DNA of 64,000 nt from the NCBI RefSeq assembly GCF_036321535.1, contig NC_087436.1, positions 116,190,001 to 116,254,000 of the forward strand, read 5' to 3'. Below, piece by piece: positions 25,244-37,756 of this stretch. The translations under genes and the position numbers were made by a program. A model generated the notes under the pieces. The model saw nothing but the letters and a program-made list of their open reading frames with translations. It ran no database searches and had not been told where the DNA came from. Each line of letters begins with the position of its first letter. The first letter of the stretch is position 1. The DNA comes from Camelus dromedarius. Its lineage: Eukaryota.

Positions 25244-25418
25244 CAAGGATCAGCAAACTCTCTCTGTAAAGGGTCTGATAGCAAATATCTTATGTTTTGT
25301 GGGCCTCAGGATCTGTGTTGCCAGGAACCAACTCTGCCACTGTGTCACAAAAGCAGCCACAGACAGTACAAAACAGAATGGGTGTGTCTGTGACACGTAG
25401 AGGCCAGCTCAGACCCTG
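25244..25418 (+). mobile_element. MER58A-like hAT-Charlie DNA transposon
   Basis: caaggatcagcaaact...ctgtaaagggtc.gatagcaaatat...aactctgccactgt...aaagcagccacagaca...gaccctg. Confidence 0.8.
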
Positions 25419-25809
25419 TTCCAAAGCAGAACTCTTAGCACCATCCCACAACTGCTTCCCATACCTTCCAGAGTAAAGTCTTTCGCCTAAAATCAAACTC
25501 ATGTAGCACCTCTTTTCATCTACTGTTCCAATCACTTTTTCTCTGGTTCCCACCCACCCACCTTCTGCCCCTGGATTTCCTCTTCCTGTAAGTCTTTACC
25601 TTCCTGCCCCCCTGAATACTCTTTATCTTCGGAACAGGCTCAATTTCCTGTCTAACTTGGGCACCCCTCCTCCAAAATTAACTTGTTATAATCTCCCTTC
25701 TCTTTCAAGGCCACATCTGACCCTGGTATCATCTCCCAGGGAGCTTTTTCACAGTGGGAGTTCATCCCATCCCAAGAGGTCAAGAAGAATCTGTTGAGCA
25801 TTAATGTCC

Positions 25810-26404
25810 CTGCTGGTAGGCTTCCATGGGGAAGAAGCTTTGCCACCTTGAATGAGACACTCAGACCCCTGCTCTTGCCTGAAAATTCTTTGATCAAACT
25901 CCCATTGAGAATCGGGGTCTGTGACCCACCTCTTGAATATGAACAGGCTCTCCGGTGACCGTGACCGTAGAATATGTCAAATCTGAGTTAGTGTCAGTGT
26001 CTGGGCCCCAGGCTTAAAAGACTGGCATCTTCTACTTCTTGCCTTTTGAAACACTGTCTCCAGGAGCCCTAAGCATCCATGTAAAGAGTCTGACTACTCT
26101 GAGACCACCCACATCATGCTGGAGATGCCAGATGTCCATGCTCAGGTCAGTAGTATTAGCTGAACCCAGCCATGCCTATCGAGGTGCCAGATAGGAACAT
26201 AAAGTCATCTTGGAGACACACACCACCTCATCCAGCAGATGAATATCTCTGTGACCTCCAACACCACCACATGGGACAGGAAAACTTTCAAATCAGGTGC
26301 TGCCCCTAACCCTAACCCAAAAAAATTATTAGATAAAACAAAATAGTTGTTTTTTAAGCCATTACATTTTGGGCTAGTTTGTAACAGAGTGATAAATGAG
26401 AACA
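25810..26404 (+). mobile_element. MLT1F/G-type solo LTR
   Basis: ccaggcttaaaagactggca...ccatgtaaagagtctgactactctgagaccacc...ttgtttttaagccatta..ttttggg.tagtttgt.ac. Confidence 0.75.
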
Positions 26405-26489
26405 CAGGCTTCTAGATGTCACCCTCACTATTTGTTAAGAAGAATGTCCTCAACTCTCTTCCAAGCCAAGAGACATTTCACATTCCCAT

Positions 26490-26870
26490 TTATTTTGTAA
26501 TTTCTCTTCCTCATGCTTGGAATGCTTCTCCATTATTTCCTTATGTTCTTTACTTTTTGCCTATTAAAATACTTATTTTATTTTTACAGATCCAAGTATA
26601 ATATCACTTCCTCTGTGAAGAGTTTTCTGATTTCTCCAGGCAGTTATTCATCAATTCTTTGAAGTTCTCCCAGCACCTGGTTTAAAAGTTCATCACTGTA
26701 GTGACTGCCATGTTTTGTGAGTTTTCTTTTAATGTGATTGCCTTCGCCAGTGGGCTATGGTCTCCTCAGAGGCATAGACCATGCCTTGCTCTTCTACACG
26801 GCTCTGTTCTTGGTATGGTTGTTAACAGTCAGTGGCCACTTAATAAACATTAATTGAATAAATGAATGCA
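26490..26870 (+). mobile_element. L2 3' region
   Basis: atatcacttcctctgtgaag...ctcctcagaggcatagacc...taataaacat..ttgaataaatgaatg. Confidence 0.7.
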
Positions 26871-26917
26871 AGAACTGGGGCTGGCACCCTAGTAGTTGTC
26901 ATCTTGGATTAAAGATA

Positions 26918-28337
26918 ATTTGGGCAATGTAAGGGCCAGCATGGTGAAGCAGGAAGACCCTGAGCTCACCTCCTCCCATGGGCACACAACATTACAACAA
27001 TTTACGGAGCAACTATTGATGAGGAAATCTGGAAGATTAGCAGAAGAGATATCCAACTAATGGTATAAAGAAGGAGCCACAAGGAGACCAGTATGATGGG
27101 TGGAGATGTGGTATGGTCAAGACCCATATCCTACAGTGGGCAACTCACAAACAGGGAAATAGTTACATCACAGAGGCGCTCCCCAAGGAGTGGTCTCAAC
27201 TCCACATCAGGCTCCCCAGCCCTGGGGGTCCAGAACCGGGAACATGAGTCCCCAGAATGTTTAGCTTTGAAGACCAGCAGGGTCTACTTTCAGGAGACCC
27301 AGAGGGCTGTGGGAAATGGAGACTCCACTCTTAAAAGGCTCACAGAAAATCTTACACACTTCAGGACCCAGGGCAGAAGCAGTTATTTGAAAGGAATTTG
27401 GATCAGACCCACCTTGATCTTGGAGAGCCTCCGGGAGAGGCAGGAGGCAATTCGAGCTCACCTTGGGGACACAGACACTGGTGGCAGGCACTTTGGGGAG
27501 CTCATTTTACCATGTGGACAGCGGTTCTGCAAGTGGTATTGTGGGCTCCTCCCTCTCGTGTATTAGCCCTGGCCCCTCCCAGCAGCCTTTCTGCACCAGT
27601 TCTAAGCCTCAGGGCAAGCAACTAGCTGGACAGGGGACCAGCCACACTTGCCAGACTGCCCATGGTAGTCAACCCACCACAACAGAAAAACTTACACAGC
27701 CCACATAGGGGGCACCCCTGGAACATATAGATCTGGAAATCAGAGAGGAGTGTGTTACTGGGACACATAGGACGTCTCCTACAAAAGATTACTTCTCCAA
27801 GGTCAAGAGGCATAAACAAACTACCAGATATATAGAAATAAAAACAGCAAATTAGGCAGAATGAAGCAACAGAGGAATACGTTCAAAGAAGAAACAAGAT
27901 AAAATCCCAGAGGAATCAACATAGTGTTGTAGATAACTATACTTCAAAAACAAACAAACTAGAGAGATCAGATTTGTGTTTGCCAGAGACGGGGAGTGGA
28001 GTGGAGGGGGAATTGGATGAAGGTGGACCAAAGGTACAGACTTCCAGGTGTGAGGTAAATAAGAACTAGAGATGTAATGTACAATCGGTAACTGTAATTA
28101 CCCCTGCTGTATTTTATACATGAAAATTGCTAAGAAAGTAAATCCTAGGAGTTCTCATCACAAGAAAAATTTTTTTCTATTTCTTTTATTTTGAATCTGT
28201 GTCGGATTATGGATGTTCACTAGACTTACTATGATAATCATTTCATGATGTATGTAACTTACACCATTATTCTGTACATCTTAAACTCATACAGTGCTGT
28301 AGGTCAATTATATCTCAATAAAATTGGAAGAAAAAAA
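26918..28337 (+). mobile_element. Internally deleted L1-family element: 5'UTR (~26930-27860), ORF1 start (~27861-27918), 3'UTR (~27919-28337)
   Basis: 5'UTR start atgg..g.aggaagaccctgagctcacctcctcccatgggcacac; ORF1 N-terminus atgaagcaacagaggaatacgttc...caagataaaatcccaga (MKQQRNTF..QDKIP, frameshifted); 3' end ttaaactcatacagtgctgtaggtcaattatatctcaataaaattggaagaaaaaa. Confidence 0.8.
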
Positions 28338-28444
28338 GATATCAAAGGAAATCTGTTCATTTAATGACAAATCTTATTGAAACTTTCCCAGTCCTCATCC
28401 CAAAGGAAAGAATAAGCAAGCTTAATTTATTTCCAACGTATAAC

Positions 28445-29780
28445 ATATGCCAGGAATGAAGATGGAGGCTACGCTGTGCTGTGATAACAAGTAAGCCCTA
28501 AATCTCAGTGGTATAAGATGGTAAAGATTTACCCCTTATTTATGTCACAGACCAGTGCAGATTAGGCAGCTCTTCTAAGCAGTCTCTTCGAAAGATGGCT
28601 CAGGTATTCATACTTCCACCTTATAATTCTGCCAGTGTTGGGAGTTCTCTTCTACTGAGCAAATAGGAGAAAGGGGCTGTGGAGAACAATGTTATTTTTT
28701 AAAATTTTGTTTTAATAGAAGTATAGTTGGTTTACAATGTTGTGTTAATTTCTGGTCACAGCATAGTGATTCAGTTATACACATAGATATGTGTGTATAT
28801 ATATATGTGTGTGTGTGTGTGTATTCCTTTTCATATTCTTTCTTCATTATAAGCTATTACAAGGTATTGAATATAGTTCCCTGTGCTGTACAGTGAGAGT
28901 TTACTGTTTATCTATTTTATGTATAGTGGTTAGTATATGCAAATTCCAAACTCCTAGTGTATCCCTGCACCCCCTCCTTTTTCCCCCATGGTAAACACAA
29001 GTTTGTTATCTATGTCAGTAAGTCTGTTTCTGTTTTGTAAATAAGTTTATTTGTCTCAATTTTTTAAATTTAGATTTCACATATAAATGATATTATATAG
29101 TATTTTTCTTTCTCTTTCTGGATTACTTTACTTAGAATGATGATCTCCAGGTCCATCTACGTTGCTGCAAATGGCATTATTTTATTCTTTTTCATGGCTG
29201 AGTAGTATCCCATTGTGTGTGTGTGTGTGTGTGTGTGTAGAGAGAGAGAAATACTACAACTTCTTTATCCAGTTATCTCTTGATGGACATTTAGGTTGTT
29301 TTCATACGTTGGCAATTGTAAAAAGTGCTGCTATAAACATCAGGGTGCATGTAGCTTTTCAAATTAGAGTTTCCTCAAGATATATGCCCAGGAGTGGGAC
29401 CACTGGGATGAAATAGTAAGTTTATTTTCAGCTTTTAAAGGAATCTCTATACATAACGACTGCACCGAACTACATTCCTACCAACAGTGTAGGTATCCTC
29501 CTACACTGTTTTCTCCATATCCTCTCCAGCATTTATCATTTGTGGAATTTTAGTGATGGCCATTCTGACTGGTGTGAGGTGATACCTCATTACAGTTTTG
29601 TATACTATTTTTAACTGCTTGAGACCAAGTGACACATAAGTTCTACTCACATTCCTATTGCCAAGCACTTAATTGAATAATCTTCACCTAAATATAAATA
29701 GGACTAGAGAATGTCATCCTTCTGTATAATCCAGAAAGAGGAATAGGGGTGGGGAATCCACATTGTCTCTATTACAGAGA
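28445..29780 (-). mobile_element. MLT1J/K-type LTR split by the L1 at 28700-29600
   Basis: gctgtgataacaa...cctaaatctcagtgg on the left; aagtgacacat...ttctactcacattcc.attgcca on the right. Confidence 0.6.
28700..29600 (-). mobile_element. 5'-truncated L1 (ORF2 end and 3'UTR) with two (TG)n tracts
   Basis: gaagtatagttggtttacaatgttgtgttaatttctgg...gttgctgcaaatggcattatttt...ggccattctgactggtgtgaggtgatacctcatt; diverged TSD tgttattttttaa / tactatttttaa. Confidence 0.95.
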
Positions 29781-29781
29781 C

Positions 29782-30422
29782 TGCATTATTTAGTTTTTGA
29801 CTAGTAACTTTTTTTTAAAACCTAATGGCTTAAAACAATCATTTATTTTTGTCTTACAGTTATGAGTCAGTTGAGTAATCTTTCAGGTCTGGGGTACATC
29901 AGCTAGGACTTGATGGTTTAGAACTGTAGTTCTTAACTGTGGATGACTTGCACACACCACCATCTCCACCAGAGGATGTTTGGAAAGATCTAGACACATT
30001 TTTGGTTTGTCATGACTTGGCACTTTTATTGGTATTTAGTGGGTAAAGGACAGAGAGGCTGCTAAACATCCTACAACAATTCCCTACAACAAAGAACTGT
30101 CTGGCCCAAAATGTTAGTAGCAGCGAGGTTGACAAACCTTAGTCTAGGATGACCTAACTCAGAGGTCATGGGCTGTTCAGTCTAAGGAGAACTCAGATGA
30201 GATGGATTAACTCTTTTCCCTGTGATCTTCTAGCTTCCAGGAAGGTGGAAAGTCTTTACATGACAGTCTTAGGGTTCTAAAGAGCAGAAAGAGAAAGCAT
30301 ATTCCAACATGCCAGCACTGTTAAGCCACTGCTTGGATCTGTTTGTTCATTTCTCATTGGCCAAAGCATTTTCTCTCTCAAGAGGAAGAGCTGAAAATGG
30401 AGCCATTTTTGCAATCTAAAAC
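29782..30422 (-). mobile_element. MLT1H-like LTR split by MER20
   Basis: aaaacctaatggcttaaaacaatcatttattt...; right part ctcattggccaaagca...gccatttttgcaatcta. Confidence 0.6.
29924..30141 (+). mobile_element. MER20 hAT-Charlie DNA transposon
   Basis: gacacatttttggtttgtca...tagtgggta.agg.cagagaggctgctaaacatcctacaa...caacaaagaa.tgtctggcccaaaatgt; 8-bp TSD gtttagaa / gtctagga. Confidence 0.9.
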
Positions 30423-30549
30423 AAAGATCTTGTGTGGATTTTGAGTCTCTAGTCTGTACTCTCACACTCTATTTAATAAATACTTGTGAAAATTCAATGC
30501 ATTACAACAATGTGTACTCATGAGGTCCTTTATTCACAGAACATGCACA

Positions 30550-30800
30550 GTGATTTGTAATGGTTCAGACTATGGCCTCTGGTGTCAAATTGTCTGGATT
30601 CAAATCCCAGCTCTATCTGTTCCTGCTGTGCACAGGGTTAGTAGCATAACCTCTCTGTACTTCTGTTTCCTCATCTGTAAATCAATAATAATGACAATCA
30701 TAACTCCTAATAGGGTTTGGGAGATTTAATGAGATGACACATGTAAAATGACTGTGAACCCTCCAGAATATAGTAAGACCTCAATAAATGACAATTACTG
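30550..30800 (+). mobile_element. Near full-length MIR
   Basis: ctggattcaaatcccagctct...taacctctctgt...tttcctcatctgtaaa...ctcaataaatg. Confidence 0.85.
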
Positions 30801-31209
30801 GTAGCAGTGCTATTTCTCTGACTTAGGAAAGGAACACACACTGATTCTACATCTTTTGTTAGGGTGACAAGACTGTTTTCTTCTTTTTCCTGCTCATTCC
30901 CAGATAACAGACAAAGAAGTGTCAGTGCCAACTCTTTATTATTAGCTCCTGATAATGCAAGTGCACAATGATGTTCTTTTAAGCCATTGCTGAGCTGGAG
31001 AAGACTAAGAGGAACCTGCAGATACCATCAACCATCTGAGAGCAGGTCAAGTGGAAGGCAGATAGACGTGTGCTCTGTCACTTTGGAGGACAGAACAGAT
31101 CTGTTGGATGGGAATTATAGGGAGTCTAAGTCTTATTGAATATGAAGAAAAACAAAGACTAATTGAATGTAAGAAAAAACAATCATGGTGTCAAACAATG
31201 GATGGGCGG

Positions 31210-31690
31210 CTCTTAGGTCTTAAGTTTGTTTCCCAGAAGCAGCCCCTGGTATGATGGCATGTGTGGAAGTGAAATGGGAAGCGGGAAGTAGGATGAGGAA
31301 GGAAAGGAGGCTAAGGAAGTATATGACAGCAAGTATGGGATGTGCCCACTCTTGGAGGGTGGCTTTGGCGTAAGCCCACAGGGGAGCCGTGGAAACAATG
31401 AACGGTACATTCCAGAGCTCCTGAATCAGCAGCAAGGGAGCTGGAGTATTTATGCCCCTGAACTCATCACTAAGTTACGCCCTGAGGTGGACATTCTCTT
31501 CAAGGTACTCCTGGGTTCTTGTGCTTTTGTGCCTACAGGCAGTGAAGGCTCTGGTAGCCTGAAGCCGGCCCTCCAATTGCTGCTGTTGGTAGCAGAAGCA
31601 CACAGAAGCTGGTGGACACAAGACAGTCCAGGGCGTCAGAGGGAATGCAGGTGAAACACTGATGTCATCTGCTAAGCTTTGTCTGTAGAC
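31210..31690 (-). mobile_element. Possible LTR16/LTR33-like ERVL LTR remnant
   Basis: ttcccagaagcagcccctg start and gggagctggagtatttat motif; strongly diverged. Confidence 0.4.
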
Positions 31691-32087
31691 ATCCCATTTC
31701 TGAGGAGGTCCAAGTAGAGGCTGACAACTAACGATGTGGTCTCTCAACACCTATTTTAACTCTGGGAGATAGTTAACAAAGACTTTCTTTAGAATAAAAC
31801 ATCACCATTATTGGTTTCATTTGGCTACATTGAAAAATCAAGCATCTGGAGAAAACCTTCCCCTAAATACATAACCTGGTCTCCAGCTACCTTCTCCCTG
31901 ATGGCTCAATGGACCTTGTCTTCAAACGGACTTGGTTTCTCTTCTCTGCTCTACCCTCTTTTGGCTGAAGAAGCTTAGACAAATCACCCCACATCCTTGT
32001 TCTTTAGTTACTTCAGCTGTAAAATGAGCCAATAATACTTGCCTCTTAGGTCTAATAACAATGTCTCCATATCTGGTTCATAATAGG

Positions 32088-32190
32088 TATATATATACAC
32101 ACACACACACACACAGACACACACACACATATATATGTATGTGTATACACAGACACACACACATATGTATTTTATATATACGTATATATT
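32088..32190. repeat. Compound (TA)/(CA)n microsatellite
   Basis: Direct reading. Confidence 0.9.
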
Positions 32191-34559
32191 TATTAAACAT
32201 GCAACATACATTCCTTCATTCTCAATTTGAGGCAGTAGAAATTAAGGCAGAGAGGCTAAATTGCACCTCAAGCCACTTGGAGACAGTGAGGATTATTCCT
32301 AGTCTGCTGACTCTTTCTCCAGCACAATTTCTAATTTATCATTTTATATGGAAAATGAGATAATGCCAAATAAAGTGTAGAAAAACAATAGATCAAAACC
32401 CAGTGTCACTGCTGGTGTGGCTGTGGTGTTTATCATCCATATCTCCTATTTCCCAGCTATTGGACCTTATGAAATCACTCATGCTCTCTGTGCCTCGGAT
32501 TTCTCTGCTACAAGACATGAGCATTGGGCTACACGGGAATAAAGTCAATTTGGTTCTAACCACCTGTGATTCTAGGAGGCAAAGATGGGACGAAAGCATG
32601 TCGGGGCCAGAAGCCCAAGTATAGCGCTATGAATGGCATTGGGCTTACTCAAGAGGCAGAAAGCCTCTGCTGCCCACAGTAGGAGTGACACAGCGCTGTC
32701 CACCTACCAGAGGAACTTGGATTAGCCGATTGCTGGCTGGACTTAGAATGTACTTGTTACTTTATTTCCAAACCTGAGGTTTAAAGATCTAAAACCGCTT
32801 AACAAAATCATCATTCTAAGGAAGGTTACCTGACATGTGCTGAGTATATATATATATATATAAGAGAAAAATCAGCAACAAATCATATGGAATATTTGTG
32901 TGGGGAGCTCCTCTTCCCACGGGGGCTGGGAGGTTACAATGCCACAACTGAATAGCTCTTTGAAATACTTCACTAAATTTCTCTGTTGGGTACCCTTATT
33001 AAACAATCTGCTTCAGAAAGTTTTTTTTTTTCTTCTTTTTTTTTTTAATTCCCTCAGGGCTGGTAAAGTCATATAATTTCATTATGCTGGGGGGCTTGGT
33101 GCTGCCTTTTTTTGAAAGATTTGTCTGCCTGGCAAGTGGCCTGAATTACCTTCCTTGTTGAGCCTTGATAAGTGTCTCTGAACGAAGGGAAAACAATTTG
33201 TACAACTCTTCCAGTCAATTGGAGGCTGAACTGTGGGACTGAACAAAGCTCTGTTCCATCCCACAGAGCCAATTTGCTCTTATCAAGTGCAACAGGGAAA
33301 ATGTGATGGCGTGTTACCGTGAGACTAGGCAAGCACTCCTGACGAAATGAGAAAACAGTCATTGGACCGGTTTTATCAACCCAGAGCTAGCTCTGCGTTG
33401 TATGTTAGTATTGCCTCACCATATGGCTCGTCATTGATCACTTTGCCTTGATGTTAATTTAATATGTAGTGTGGATGTTTGCTTGCTTTGTTAATAAAAT
33501 TTTCACTTTGGCGTTCTGATTCTATCATAGAATGTGTGAGCATTGACAGGTTTTTAAATAAAATTTGTTGATGTTTTCAGAATAAAAAAAAATCATTTTC
33601 ACAAAACCTACACTATTTGAACTTTCATAAGAAAAGTTATTGAGACTGACTGAGGCTGAGGGGTTCCTAATTTGTCCCAAGGTCAAGCCAGTGGTAACTG
33701 ACAGGTTAGGGTTCAGTCCAAATTTTTTCAGTGAGATATTCTTTCCAGGCTGGGTCACTGACTTTCCTTTAATAGAATTACTTTATAGTGATCTCACTGT
33801 GATATATGTGAGATCACTCCCAACCTGCTGAGGAAACACAGATGTAATCAATGACTGAGTGTCCCCCTGCCCATGTTGTAAGACCTACGGGACATTTCAT
33901 GTATCCTGGGAGTCAGAGCCCAGCTCAGGCAGACAAGAGAAAGCCACCAATGAGATATAAAGGTTCATAAAAAGTCTGAAAAGGACCACAGAGATGCTCT
34001 CGTTTTGAAACTGTGTTTCCCAGAACTTCTAAGATTTTGTACAGGCATCTCAGAGCCCACTGCAGGGCCTAAGAAGAGGGTTTGAAGCTTTCTACCCTCT
34101 GCCTCAGCCCAAGCTGTTTAAATATAGGGCTTTCATGAACATTCTCCTTTGGTAAGAAGTTCACTGTGGGACAAAATATTTGAAACAACCGGTCTGATCC
34201 AATGTACTCTCTTTCTGAAGCCAGTTCTCAAGAAGCCATGGGTCCAGGAGGAATCTGCATCTTTCAGAAACGTCCCAGGTCCCAGCTCCCAGCTCCATGC
34301 ACCACTGCTGGTGGGGTCAATTAACAGGAAGACCACATATCTTAATATTGTAAATGTTTAGACTCACATTTGCCCTACACTGCAGACCATGTTTGCAGGC
34401 TGGGAATGTAGGGCTGTTGTGAAATGCATAATTTATGAAGAAGCAAGGATTTTGGAGTGGTAGTGGGGAATGTCCAATACCTGTTAACTCTCTAAGGACT
34501 TCTTCTTCACTAACATTCTATTATTCATTCACTTTAAATTAAGAGTCTGTAATTAATTT

Positions 34560-35220
34560 CCATGCCCCCTGTCCATTCCCACTGTGTAGCATCATCTCTT
34601 AACCAGTTTCCCTGCCTTCTCTTTTGCCTACATCAAATCCAACATGCACACAATTACCAAAAAGTATCTTTGTAACATGCAGATCTGACCGTGTTACTTT
34701 CCTGTTCGGAACCTGCTTCTCTGACATGATGACATCCTTATATCTTAGCTGTGCTACGGAAGGATTGGTTCTCCCTCCCTGACGCCTGCTGATTACTTCT
34801 CTGGCTTATCTCCCACTGCTCGTCCCCTTGTTCTACAAGTTCCAGCCGTGGCCCTTCACTTTTTCCTCCACACACTCATCACTGCCTCACACACGGACCC
34901 CTAGGCATGCTCAGTGCCTTCTGTCTGGAATACCCCTGTGGCACTACTGTACCTGGAGAACTCAAGCTCTGAGATTTATCCTAAGAATTTTTATGTTGGG
35001 AACTTTTCTTTTTTCGCCTAGCTCCATCATGCATTAAATAAATGTCCTCTAATGCACCTTCATCTAGCAATTGCCAGATTCCAGCGAAATCTGCACATGT
35101 GAACACGTCTCTCAGTGAAACTTTCTAGGGCAAGGTCTGCATTCTACTTTTTTAACCCTCATAACAAGCACGTAACATAGGGCTTGGCATATAAAGTTGC
35201 TCAATAAACACCTGTTGAAC
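34560..35220 (+). mobile_element. L2 3' region
   Basis: atgcagatctgaccgtgttactttcctg...tctgtctggaat...gctcaataaacacctgttgaa. Confidence 0.7.
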
Positions 35221-35242
35221 TTAAATATATTTCTGATTCCAT

Positions 35243-35755
35243 GTATTAGTTAAGGCTTTTTGGTTGAAGGAAACAAAACCACCTTCTACAAACGCAAACC
35301 AAAAGAGGGATTCAGTAGAAGTCTGCAGGGGCGATAAATAATACGCTAGGCTGTGAAGTTCAGCAGGGCTCTATGGGGGCTGGGGTGCTAGGGGAATAAA
35401 TCCCATTCCTCCGTCTCTCTGGGGCCTCAAGCTCACTCACTCTGCTTCTTTCTGAGGGTCTGATGAATTCTTTTCTCATTTTCTCCCTAAGGATCACTTT
35501 TCTCTGCCTCTGAATACATAGAGAGGGAAAAGCTCACCACAGCCCTAACTCAATGTACCATATGAGCTGGGCCTGAAACTTCTGACTCCTGATTTGAAAG
35601 AGGAAAAACCCTGACTTTCTACTTTTCTAACCAAGCATTGTCAGAGGGGCAGGCGTGACTGTGTAGATTGACAGCGAGGCTATAATTACTTATTTGGTTG
35701 GATCTGTTCGAGGAAAGGGGCTGTGGGCTGCACAAGCATCTCAGAAGCATTCACC
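35243..35755 (-). mobile_element. MLT1K/L-type LTR
   Basis: tgtattagttaaggcttttggttgaaggaaaca. Confidence 0.55.
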
Positions 35756-35810
35756 TTAAACATACTACGTGTATCAAGATCAGGCACACGGGAGCGAGGC
35801 TACCATTTCC

Positions 35811-36096
35811 CATAGTGTTTTCCACTGAATGTTAGGGTGCTGATAGTTGATATAAGAAAAACGGAATCCTTTAATCCCATAAGTTTACAAAAATGCTCAG
35901 TTAAACACACTTATCTAGGTTACTTTACTGGAAGACTCCTCACTGACTTTTAGATGCAAATGTGATTTGTGTGAAGGAAAGGGAAGATAATATTCGCCGC
36001 ATTCCCTAAATTTATTTGTCTATGGAAACACTTTTTTTCCCCCAGGAAACATCTTTTAGCGTTAAGGTTCTATAGAGTATGCTTGGAGAACACTGA
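35811..36096 (+). mobile_element. MER113-like hAT-Charlie element
   Basis: ataagttt..aaaatgct..gttaaaca...tttactggaagact...gcattccctaaatttatttg.ctatggaa...ttggagaacactg. Confidence 0.6.
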
Positions 36097-36494
36097 AGTA
36101 GTCCAGAGCTAATTATCTCACCCTCTTGGTAGAAATACATACTAATCAATATGTTATACTCCACCAATTACAGTAATGGCATTTCCTGGACTGTATTTAG
36201 GAGTCTTTGAGGGGCTATAAATTCCTCTTCCCCTCTTCCCTCTTCTCAGCAGGAGTGAGTTGTGATTTCCCTAGTGACCATCCCTCAGGCCAAATTCTTC
36301 TCTCTCCATTCGGCTTTAGGTCTAAATGTCTGCCCTAGCTTGAACAGATTCCACTTAGGAGGTGGGCGTCGGTTCTTTTGGAGAAGTTGTTTCAGCAAGT
36401 AGAGATGAGCTGGGGAAACAGAAAAACAGTAGTTACCTACAGGGCACAGCAGATGCACTGACGTGATGTTTTCCTGTTAATGATTAGTTCAGAT

Positions 36495-37030
36495 CCATTC
36501 ATCTTGTGTTTATTGAAAGCTTGCTTGACTTAGGCTCCAGGCTGGGCAGTGTCGATACCAAGATAAATACGACCAGAGCTTAACCTGGAGCAGCTCAGAT
36601 TTTAGCAGAAGAGACAGACATGCCAGCAGATAACTTCTGAAAGTGGTAAACACTTTGGTAGAAAAAGTAAATGATAAGGATCTAGCACAGAGACTTTGTT
36701 GCAAGAAAACACTCCCTAGAGAAGTGATGCTTATTCTCTGTTTTTTGAAGAAACGGTAAGTGTTCTTAATGAAGACAAAAAAAAGAGACCTTTTAATGTG
36801 TGACTGAGAAAAATAAGAGTCAAGGAAAAAACCCTGGGTGATAACTAACATTAAGTGGCTGATGGAGGAGGTGAATTCATACCAGTCAACTGAGAAAGAA
36901 CGTCCAGAAAGTTGAGAGAATTATGGAGAAGGATGTCCATATAACAAGAAAGAAGTTTCAAGGAAAAAAGAAAAAAAGAAAAAAAAAAAAAAACAGAATC
37001 AGAACATCAAATGCTGCTGCAGAAAATCCA
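36495..37030 (-). mobile_element. L2 fragments
   Basis: cattcat...tttattga...ccaggctgggcagtg; aagaaagaagtttcaagga...catcaaatgctgc. Confidence 0.55.
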
Positions 37031-37756
37031 ACAGGAGGCCAACATCTTTGGTTTAAAGTTAATATTCTCAAATTTGGCCTTGAGTACATTGAAGACCCCA
37101 AAGACAGCAACTTGGACTCCCATCAACTTTTTCCATTCTATGCACTCAGCCAGTGAAAACCTTAAATTGACCCATGATAAGATAGTGTAGATTGTTCTTG
37201 CTGAATCAGTGCAAACTTCAGTTAACAAAGCTATTTCAAAAACTGAGAATAAAAGGAAGGGAGGGATGGAAATCAAAGGGGTCTTTGGTGGGTTATGGGT
37301 TTGTAAACACTTGTACTTGACCATAAAAAACACATAAGAATAAGGAATGAGGAGATCTGCTGTTGATACAGGGTATCACCACCAAACAACAGTGTGAGCT
37401 TAAGGAAGTCATCTCATTCCCTGGACCTGAGTCACCTGTACAACGAGGAGGGCTAACTAGAACATCTCTGAGGGCTCTTCCAGGGAATTAGACATCCTCG
37501 TCATGCTTATGTGGAGTGACTGAGACGTTACGGCTCTGTGCCACACCACAACTTCCAGTGGAGCATGTCTCTCCGCATCGTTGTTCAAAAAAGTAGAATT
37601 TCGGTTGATGATATCTTTGGACAAGGCTGAATCTAGCTGGGCTGGAGAAGGGAGAGAAGGAAGATTTTTTTTTTTTTCCTATCTTATTGACGCAGAGGGA
37701 GAATCCTAGCTCTGCATGATTTGCTATGTGACCCTCAGCAAGTGTCTTTAACCTTG

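Noticed and set aside
26303..26318. ccctaaccctaaccc telomere-like repeat
   Set aside because: Only about two units, inside an MLT1 LTR; expected by chance.
27093..27566. 157-aa ORF
   Set aside because: Inside the L1 5'UTR-like segment; no similarity to ORF1/ORF2 or any family I recognise.
33990..34195. Possible ancient hAT-Charlie remnants (also ~5160-5370 and ~39560-39780)
   Set aside because: Termini look MER-like but are too diverged for me to assign a family or boundaries.
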